Source: Candidatus Eiseniibacteriota bacterium (GTDB lineage: Bacteria; Orphanbacterota; Orphanbacteria; Orphanbacterales; Orphanbacteraceae). Taken from it: DNA of 53,389 nt. A program made the translations under genes and the position numbers. The notes under the pieces were generated by a model. That model was given only the letters and a program-made list of their open reading frames with translations, was not told the DNA's origin and made no database searches. The stretch is from assembly GCA_043809585.1 (NCBI GenBank), contig JBDROZ010000050.1:1-53389 (forward strand). Reading direction: 5' to 3'. Each line of letters begins with the position of its first letter. Position 1 is the stretch's first letter. Below are positions 1 to 7,308 of this stretch, piece by piece.

Positions 1-151
1 GATCTCGGATCGCCGCCTGCGAAGCCTCCTTTCCGTCGCCGCCTCCTCGACGTAGTGCATGACTACGCCTCCGGTGGCGGCTCGTCCAAGTCAGCTTCTC
101 GTCCGGCGATCCGAGCCCTCGTGACGGAGATTCATGCATGATCCAGGCTAG
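1..151 (-). repeat. Structured hairpin repeat, family A (MITE-like), truncated by the window edge
   Basis: Minus strand begins CTAGCCTGGATC (CTAG at 148-151). Nested stems ctcggatcgccg/cggcgatccgag, gccgcc/ggcggc and cgtagt/actacg. The core CCTCG.CGTAG-loop-CTACGCCTCCGG recurs at 49302-49330. Confidence 0.75.
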
Positions 152-158
152 CCTCCCC

Positions 159-2522
159 TTGTCCCGTCCCGGCGCGAGGAAATCGTTCCTCGTCGGAGGG
201 ATGATCCTCGCGACGCTCGCTCTCTGGGAGGGGGGGCTCCATGTCTTCCCCCCGCCCGACCCCTACGTCCGCCGGCCGCCGGGGGTCCAGGTGTTCGAGA
301 AGGAGGGGGAGCCTCTCCGCGCCTACCTCAGCCCGGACGAGAAGTGGCGGCTCCGGGCGCCCCTCGGGAAGATCAGCCCCCGGCTCGTGGAGGCGGTGCT
401 CCTGCACGAAGACCGCCGCTTCCGTCTCCACCCGGGCGTCGATCCGGCCGCGGTCCTTCGCGCGGCGGCGCTGAACGCACGGCGCGGCGGGATCGTCAAC
501 GGCGCCTCGACACTTTCCATGCAGCTCGCCCGGCTCGTCGAGCCCGGCCGCCGTTCCTTTCGATACAAACTGTTTCAGGCCTTCCGGGCCCTTCAATACG
601 AATCCCGCTACGGCAAGGACGAGATCTTGGAGATGTATCTCTTTCTCGCGCCGTACGGAGGAAACATCGAGGGGGCGGCCGCGGCGTCGTGGTCTTACTT
701 CGGCAAGGGGCCGGCGGAGCTCTCGACCGCGGAAGCATGTCTTCTCGCCGTGATTCCCGAGTCGCCGGCGGCGCGAAATCCCGTCCTCCGGCCCGAAGCG
801 GCCCGGGCCGCACGGGACCGTCTCATCGATCGCATGGAAGAGAGAGGGTTACTCTCCGCCGGGGAGGCTTCGGAGGCGAGGGGGGCGCCGCTCCCCGCAA
901 GGGTCCGACCGATGCCTTTCCGGGCCCCTCATTTCGCCGACTGGGCCGTCCGCCGGTCCGGGGCGGAGAAGGAGATCCGGAGCACCATCGACCCCGTGAT
1001 CCAAGATCGGGCGGATCGGCTCACCGCCTCCTGGGTCTCCTCTCTCCGGCCGTCCGGCATCGGCCAGGGAGCGGTCGTGATCGTCGACTACGAGCGGGAC
1101 GAGCTGGTCGCCCTCGTCGGGTCCGCCTCGTTTCACGATTCCCTCCGGTCGGGCGAGGTCAACGGGGCGACGGCGCCGCGCTCTCCCGGATCGACGCTGA
1201 AGCCTTTCGTGTACGCCCTCGCCTTCGACCGTGGGTCGGCGACGCCGAGCGGCCTCGTCGAAGACGTGCCGGTCCACTACGGATCGTACAGCCCGCAGAA
1301 CTACGACGGTTCCTTCTACGGCGCCCTTTCGGCGGAAGAGGCGCTCCGCACATCGCGAAACGTCCCGGCCGTGGCGCTGGCGGCGGAGCTCGAGCGGACG
1401 CCCGGCCCCGGACTCTACGACTGCCTCCGCAGCGCCGGAGTCCGGTCGATCGATCGGCCGCGGGAGCATTACGGCCTTAGTCTCGTTCTCGGCGGCGGGG
1501 ACGTGACGCTCCTCGAACTCGCCGATCTGTACGCCGTGCTCGCGCGGCAGGGGGTCCGGCGGCCGACGCGTTGGCGGGTGGAGGAGGGCGGCGAGAAGGA
1601 AGCGCGCCGTTCGGAGCCGGACGAAATCCGGCTCTTCTCCCGGGAGGCCGCCTGGCTCACGCTTTCGATCCTGGTCGACGTGACGCGGCCCGACCTCGAC
1701 GCGGTCTGGCGCTCGGGGAGGGAGGAGGTGCCGATTCCGTGGAAGACCGGAACTTCCTACGGCCACCGGGACGCGTGGGCGGTGGGGATCGCGGGCAACT
1801 ACGTGATCGCCGTCTGGCTCGGGAACTTCGACGGATCCGGGACGCCCCTTCTCGTCGGGAGGGAAGTCGCGGGACCTCTTCTCTTCGCTCTCGCCGACGT
1901 TCTTCCCCACGACCGGCCGGGGGAGTGGCGTCACCCTCCGCCCAAGCTTCGCCACCGGGAGGTGTGCGCCGTGAGCGGCGCCCCCGCGGGACCGCACTGC
2001 GGCGAGACGGGGCTCGCGCCCTTCATCCCCGGAGTCTCGCCGGAGATATCGTGCCGACTCCACCGGGTCATCGAACTCGACGGGACCCGGGGCTTCACCG
2101 TCTGCTCCCGATGCCGGGAGGGCCGGCCGGCCGACCCGCGCGTGGTGGAGTGGTGGCCGCCGGGTGTCGCGGAACATCTTCGCCGGCGGGGCCTCTCCGC
2201 GGAGGCGATCCTTCCCCACGATCCGGAGTGCCCTGCATTCGGGGAAGAGGGCCCTCCGGAGATCATCAGCCCTCGAGGGGGCATGGAGTACTGTCTGCGG
2301 CCCGGAGTCCCCGACGAGGATCAGCGGATCGCCTTCGCCGCCGGGGCCGTCGCCGGAAGCCACCGCATCTACTGGTTCCTCGACGGGGCGCTCGTCTGGA
2401 GCGGGTCGCCGGGGCGCACCTTCTTCTTTTCCCCGGGGCCGGGGGCGCACACGGCGACGGTCAAGGACGAAAGGGGACGGGCTTCGTCCGTTCGATTCCA
2501 AGTGACCGACCCCGGAAGCTGA
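159..2522 (+). CDS. pbpC: Penicillin-binding protein 1C
   Basis: Transglycosylase motifs EDRRF..HPGVD, GASTLSMQLAR, KDEILEMY; transpeptidase motifs STLK, SRN, KTG; C-terminal BiPBP-like domain. The ORF ATG at 138 lies inside the repeat, so TTG 159 is used; the start is uncertain. Confidence 0.93.
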   Translation: MSRPGARKSFLVGGMILATLALWEGGLHVFPPPDPYVRRPPGVQVFEKEGEPLRAYLSPDEKWRLRAPLGKISPRLVEAVLLHEDRRFRLHPGVDPAAVLRAAALNARRGGIVNGASTLSMQLARLVEPGRRSFRYKLFQAFRALQYESRYGKDEILEMYLFLAPYGGNIEGAAAASWSYFGKGPAELSTAEACLLAVIPESPAARNPVLRPEAARAARDRLIDRMEERGLLSAGEASEARGAPLPARVRPMPFRAPHFADWAVRRSGAEKEIRSTIDPVIQDRADRLTASWVSSLRPSGIGQGAVVIVDYERDELVALVGSASFHDSLRSGEVNGATAPRSPGSTLKPFVYALAFDRGSATPSGLVEDVPVHYGSYSPQNYDGSFYGALSAEEALRTSRNVPAVALAAELERTPGPGLYDCLRSAGVRSIDRPREHYGLSLVLGGGDVTLLELADLYAVLARQGVRRPTRWRVEEGGEKEARRSEPDEIRLFSREAAWLTLSILVDVTRPDLDAVWRSGREEVPIPWKTGTSYGHRDAWAVGIAGNYVIAVWLGNFDGSGTPLLVGREVAGPLLFALADVLPHDRPGEWRHPPPKLRHREVCAVSGAPAGPHCGETGLAPFIPGVSPEISCRLHRVIELDGTRGFTVCSRCREGRPADPRVVEWWPPGVAEHLRRRGLSAEAILPHDPECPAFGEEGPPEIISPRGGMEYCLRPGVPDEDQRIAFAAGAVAGSHRIYWFLDGALVWSGSPGRTFFFSPGPGAHTATVKDERGRASSVRFQVTDPGS

Positions 2523-2572
2523 CCACGGCGTCTTCCTGCCGGATGCACTGAGAACTTTGAAGACAGGGACGG

Positions 2573-3490
2573 TTACCCCGGGGTCCCCTCTTTTCGGGCC
2601 CAGAGCATGTAATGGTAGTTGTGGTACCGGCGAACGAAGGCGCTCCCTGCGAAGAGCCGGTAGAAGCGGTAGCGAAGAGGACCGATCGCCGGATAGGCGT
2701 CGTTCTCACGGACGTGGATCTCGGAGAAGCCGAGCCCGCCGAGAATCTTCTTGGTCTTCCCGACGCTCGTGGGGAACTCGTAGTCCGCCGGACGGTGGGA
2801 CGATCCCTTGAACCGGTGATAGGCGGAGCGGAGGAAGCGATAGAACGGCTTGGGGAGGAGGAGGGACTTGGGCAGCTGGTAGAAGCCCCACGCGTTGGGA
2901 TCGGCGAGGACGAGCGTCCCCCCTGGCTTCAAGAGGTCCGCGAAGGACCGCAGCAGGTCCGGGACGGCCCGGTACTCGTGGTGGATCACGTCGAGAGAGA
3001 GGACCCCGTCGAACGAGCCCTTCCGGAAGGGAAGACGCATCATGTCCCCCGCCACATACGTCTCGGCGCCCGTCATCCCGCGCACGGGGTTCAGCCAGCC
3101 GACGACCAGGTCGAAGTTCACGACCCGGTAACCCGCCTCCTCGAGCTCCCGAAAGTGCGTGTCGCTGCCGCACCCGACGTTGACGACCATTCCCGGCGGC
3201 GGCTTCAGAACCGACCGGACCAGGTGCCAGAACTCTTCCCGCGACCGGTGCCACTGGCCTTGGCTGAACGGATTCTCGCCCGAGTCGGCCCACGTCCGCA
3301 TCGTTTCCGCCAGGTGCTCTTCCTCCCGGAGATGGGATCGGTCCATGGTTCGCGGATAGAGGAGCGGTACGGAATCGCGGACTTCGAACCGGCTCTCGCA
3401 GGAGGAGCAACTGAGGCCGCCCGCTTTCTCGGCGAGGTCCGCGCCGCAGTCCGGGCAACAGAGGATCGGAAGGATTTCGTCGATCGCCAT
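2573..3490 (-). CDS. Class I SAM-dependent methyltransferase with N-terminal Trm112-like zinc ribbon
   Basis: LCCPDC...CSSC...RDSVPLL N-terminus; VVNVGCG motif I; GDMMRLPF..GSFD; LLKPGG. Start taken at MAIDEIL. Confidence 0.85.
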   Translation of the reverse strand: MAIDEILPILCCPDCGADLAEKAGGLSCSSCESRFEVRDSVPLLYPRTMDRSHLREEEHLAETMRTWADSGENPFSQGQWHRSREEFWHLVRSVLKPPPGMVVNVGCGSDTHFRELEEAGYRVVNFDLVVGWLNPVRGMTGAETYVAGDMMRLPFRKGSFDGVLSLDVIHHEYRAVPDLLRSFADLLKPGGTLVLADPNAWGFYQLPKSLLLPKPFYRFLRSAYHRFKGSSHRPADYEFPTSVGKTKKILGGLGFSEIHVRENDAYPAIGPLRYRFYRLFAGSAFVRRYHNYHYMLWARKEGTPG

Positions 3491-3692
3491 GGGCCGTCTC
3501 GACCTTGATCTTTCATGAGACCTCGAGATCCAACGCGTGAGAGCGCGCCCACCGGGGCCGGGCGCCTCACAGATGATTCTATCCCACTCCCCCACCCCTG
3601 TCCATCCGGACGGAGGTGGGCGGCGTCCCCGGCCGAGGGGGAAGGAAGTGGTTGAAGTAGTACCGCCTGGTTCAGAGGCTTGTGATCCGTGA

Positions 3693-5492
3693 CTACCCGC
3701 CGAGCAATCCGCCCTTCTTGTAGATCGCCATCTGGACGCCGGAGAAGGTCCCTTCGATCGTCTCGCCGGAGGGGAGGGTGACCCTGCCCGTCTCGAGGTC
3801 GACTTCGATGGTCTCGCCGGTCCGAAGGCCGTGATCGATGAGCTTGGCGGTCACGATCGGGAAGCCCTTGTTGATGGCGTTCCGTTCGTAGATGGCGCCG
3901 AAGGATTCGCCGACGATGCAGGAGACGCCGAGGCTCTCGAAGCAGTCGACCGCCTGCTGCCGGGAGGAACCGGCGCCGAAGTTCTTGGGCACGACGACGA
4001 TGTCCCCCGGCTTCACCTTCTTCGCGAAGTCCTCGTACCCCTCGAGGTTGTCGAAGGTGTACCGCCCCATCTCGGCGATGTCGGTGATGGCGAGATAGCG
4101 GTTGTGGTAGATCATGTCCGTGTCGATGTTGTCCCGGTCGATCACCCATGCCCGCCCCTGGAAACGGGTCGGCCGGCCCATGGTCGGCGCGGCGCTCTTC
4201 CCGGCGGCCGGGGAAGGGGCCCCTCCTATGGCAAAGAGAACGGGCTTCTCCGGGATCCCGCGGGGCGTCGCGATGACGCCCGCCACGGCGCTCGCGGCCA
4301 CCACCTCCGGCGAAGCGAGATACACTTCCCCTTTCCCCTGCTTCCCCGCGAAGTTCCGGTTCCCCGTGCTGATCGTCACCTCGCCGGGGCCGTTCTGTCC
4401 GATCTGCCCCGCCGCGCACCCGGCGCACCCCGCGTTCCCCACGAGGGCGCCCGCCTTCTTGAACGTCTCGATGATCCCCTCGCGGAGACACCGGTTCCAG
4501 ACGGCGTCCGTGGCGGGGACGATCTTGAGCACCACGCCGGGCGCCACCCGCCGCCCCTCCAGGATCGAGGCGGCCGCCGCGAGGTCTTCGTACCGGCCGT
4601 TCGTGCACGATCCGATGAAGGCGGATCCGATCTTCGTCCCCGCCACGGCCTCCACCGGGGCCACGTCCTCCGGATGCCCCGGCCGGGCGATCTGGGGAGC
4701 GAGACCATCCACGTCGATCTCCATGGTCCGCTCGTAGAGGGCGTCCTCGTCGGCGAACACCGGTGCGACCCGCCTTCCCGCCGCCTCGGAGCAGAAGTCG
4801 AGGACGTTCCGGTTCGGGGGGAAGAGGGCGATGATGCCCGCCATCTCGGTCGCCATGGAGGCGACGGTCACCCGCCCCGCGAGGTCGAGCCGGTCGACCG
4901 CATCGCCGTAGAACTCGGCGGCGTATCCGAGCAGGGTGTTGGCGCCGAGCTTCCCGAGCATCGCGAGCACGAGATCTTTCGGCGTCGCACCCGGTCCGGG
5001 CGTTCCGGTGATCACGATCTTGATGGTGGGCGGCACCTTGAACCAGACCCGGCCGAAGGCCCACGCGTGGGCGATGTCCACGTCCCCCATCCCCTGGCCG
5101 AAGGCGCCGACGGCGCCGAGAATGTTCGCGTGGGAGTCGGTGGAGACCAGGGTCGACCCGGGAACGGCAAGTCCCTCGTCGATGGCGATGTGGGTTCCGA
5201 TCCCCGCGTCGATGTCGTACACCCGGATCCCGTGCTCCCGCGCGAAGACCCGGCAGATCTGCTGGTTCGTCGCGTATTTCTGATCCGACCCGCCCGGATT
5301 GCAGTCGAAGGTGAAAAACGTCTTCGACGGATCGTCGACGCCGAGTCCGTTCTCGCGGATGTTCTTCACCACGTTCGCCCCGCCGAAATCGCGCGCGACC
5401 CGGACGTCGATCGCGATGTCCACGATCTCGCCGGGCGAGACTTCCTTCCCCGCATGGGCGCCGAGGATCTTCTCGATGATGGTCTTCCCCAT
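3693..5492 (-). CDS. Aconitase-family dehydratase; fused large and small subunits of the 3-isopropylmalate dehydratase/homoaconitase type
   Basis: MGKTIIEKIL start; DSH, IGSCTNG, CAGC, STGNRNF.G, YLASP in the large part; after a linker, DNIDTD, NFGAGSSRQ and ESFGAIYERNAIN.G of the LeuD swivel domain. Confidence 0.92.
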   Translation of the reverse strand: MGKTIIEKILGAHAGKEVSPGEIVDIAIDVRVARDFGGANVVKNIRENGLGVDDPSKTFFTFDCNPGGSDQKYATNQQICRVFAREHGIRVYDIDAGIGTHIAIDEGLAVPGSTLVSTDSHANILGAVGAFGQGMGDVDIAHAWAFGRVWFKVPPTIKIVITGTPGPGATPKDLVLAMLGKLGANTLLGYAAEFYGDAVDRLDLAGRVTVASMATEMAGIIALFPPNRNVLDFCSEAAGRRVAPVFADEDALYERTMEIDVDGLAPQIARPGHPEDVAPVEAVAGTKIGSAFIGSCTNGRYEDLAAAASILEGRRVAPGVVLKIVPATDAVWNRCLREGIIETFKKAGALVGNAGCAGCAAGQIGQNGPGEVTISTGNRNFAGKQGKGEVYLASPEVVAASAVAGVIATPRGIPEKPVLFAIGGAPSPAAGKSAAPTMGRPTRFQGRAWVIDRDNIDTDMIYHNRYLAITDIAEMGRYTFDNLEGYEDFAKKVKPGDIVVVPKNFGAGSSRQQAVDCFESLGVSCIVGESFGAIYERNAINKGFPIVTAKLIDHGLRTGETIEVDLETGRVTLPSGETIEGTFSGVQMAIYKKGGLLGG

Positions 5493-5573
5493 GACGTTCT
5501 CCTGCTTCCTGGGCCCGGCGGGCCGGATGCCTCGAAACCGCTGCAAATCGGGATGATGCCGGGGTACGGGAGA

Positions 5574-5602
5574 ATTGTATTCGCGGCCCCCGTTGAAGTC
5601 CA
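5574..5602 (-). promoter_or_regulatory. Sigma70-type promoter for the LeuCD-like gene
   Basis: TGGACT-17 nt-TACAAT on the minus strand, about 80 nt upstream of the start codon. Confidence 0.55.
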
Positions 5603-5666
5603 CGGCGATCGGGCCAGGGCGGGCCTTCCGGCTGATCCCCGCCTGCGGAGGACGGTTCTCCGGCGG

Positions 5667-5695
5667 TTCATTCCCCTCTCGGTTCGTGATAGAAT
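5667..5695 (+). promoter_or_regulatory. Sigma70-type promoter for the beta-helix gene
   Basis: TTCATT-17 nt-TAGAAT with extended -10 TG (TGATAGAAT). Confidence 0.55.
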
Positions 5696-5747
5696 GAAAA
5701 AGTCTTCCCCCCACCGGTTTCCGGAGGACCCTCACGAAAGGCGCGCC

Positions 5748-7250
5748 GTGAACCTCGTGCAGACCGTGATTCTCCTGTCGCTCGCTTCGCTCTTCTTCGC
5801 CGCCGGGGCCGCCGCCGGCGTCATCCGGGTTCCGGACGACCAGCCGACCATCGCGGCGGGCCTCGCCGCCGCCGGAGCGGGGGACACGGTGCTCGTCGCC
5901 CCCGGAGTCTACCAAGAGAATCTCCTCTGGCCCTCCACCGGGGGGATCCGGCTGATCGGGGAAGGGGGTCCGGCGGAGACGATCGTCGACGGACGAGGTC
6001 TCGGGTCGGTCATCGAAATCGCGGGCGGCGCCGACTCGACCACCCTGATCAAGGGTCTCACCCTCCAGAACGGTCGCGCCTACGGGGGGTGACCCCGCTG
6101 TGACGGCGGCGGGGTCCGCTGCCTCGAATCATCGCCGGTCTTCGAAGAGACCTTCTTCCTCGACAACGAAGCGGAGATCCTGGGGGGCGGGTTCTACGGC
6201 CGCTCCTCCTCGGCGATTCTCCGGCGTTGCGAATTCCGGCGGAACGAAGCGGGGTCCGGGGGCGGGGTCTACTTCACCGGGCTCTCCTCGCCCGTCATTC
6301 AGTCGTGCGTCGTCGACTCGAACACCGTCGCCGGATGGGGGGGAGGGATCACCCTCGAGGTCGAGGCGGCGGCCCTGGTCGAGAGCTGCACGGTTCGATG
6401 GAACGAGGCGAACGAGGGGGGCGGGATCTTCATCGCCACCGCGGAGCCCGTGATCCGGGAGACCCGTTTCGCGGGGAACCGGGCGGAGAGTGGGGGCGGG
6501 GCGAGGATCCTGGTCGTCGAAGGACCGAGCTTCGTGGGCTGCGCCTTCGCCGGGAACGAAGCGACCACCTACGGGGGAGGGCTGAAGGTCGACTTCTCGA
6601 CCCTCTTCTTCGAGGATTGCCGGATCGATTCGAACTCCGCTTCTTCCGGCGGCGGCGCGCTCTGGATGCAGGAGTCGGACGCCGACCTCGAGCGGTGTCT
6701 CGTCCGGAAAAACTCCTCCGCGAACGGGGCGGGTGGGGTCCGCGTCTCCTCTTCTACGCTGCTCATCCGGGACGGCGAGATCGCGGGGAACGGACGGGGC
6801 CTGGTCGTCGGCTCTCCGGGCCCCGTGGACGCGGACGCCCGCGGGAACTGGTGGGGTCACCCGAGCGGGCCGTACCACCCGGCGCTGAATCCCGGGGGTC
6901 TCGGCGACGAGGTGAGCGATCACGTCCTGTTCGACCCGTGGGAGACGCCCACGGCGGTCGGCGCGGGCGAGGGTCTCTTCGCCCCCGGCCTCGTTGCGGG
7001 CAGCCCCGTCCGTTCGGGATCGGCGATCGCCTTCTCTCTCGGGGGGAGGAGGGCCGTCGCGCTCCGGGTCTATGACGTCGCCGGCCGGCTCGTCAGGACC
7101 CTCCTCGACGGGGAGGCCGGCCCGGGCGTGACCCGTCTCCTCTGGGACGGACGGGATGACCGGGGATCGTCCGTCGGAAGCGGCGTCTATCTCGTGCGCC
7201 TCGCGACGCCCGATGGGGCGGTCACGAAGCGGGTCGTGGTGGTCCGTTGA
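5748..7250 (+). CDS. Secreted right-handed beta-helix protein with C-terminal FlgD-Ig/T9SS-like domain; in-frame TGA at 6090-6092 (candidate selenocysteine, UxxC)
   Basis: GTG start after GAAAGG; signal peptide; IRVPDDQPTI...GDTVLVAPGVY beta-helix cap. Reading through TGA gives PRCDGGGVRC...NEA..GGG repeats in frame with ORF 6450-7250. C-terminus VYDVAGRLVR...WDGRD...SGVYLVRL. Confidence 0.85.
6105..6123 (+). promoter_or_regulatory. Candidate bacterial SECIS hairpin
   Basis: GGCGGCGG-GGT-CCGCTGCC: 8-bp stem starting 12 nt after the TGA, with a G-first GGU loop 20 nt downstream of the TGA. Confidence 0.6.
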
Positions 7251-7272
7251 CGGGGGATCCGCGCCTCATCCG

Positions 7273-7302
7273 TTGACGCTCCCCCCCTCCGGGGCCTACC
7301 TT
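7273..7302 (+). promoter_or_regulatory. Sigma70-type promoter for rnr (probably leaderless)
   Basis: TTGACG-18 nt-TACCTT; the ATG begins 7 nt after the -10 box and there is no Shine-Dalgarno. Confidence 0.45.
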
Positions 7303-7308
7303 CTTCTC

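Noticed and set aside
138-158. ATG 138 as the true pbpC start
   Set aside because: It lies within the repeat element and lacks a clear RBS; TTG 159 or ATG 201 is more plausible.
3831-5747. N-terminal part of the 753-aa plus-strand ORF
   Set aside because: Antisense to the LeuCD-like gene; only the part from GTG 5748 is credible.
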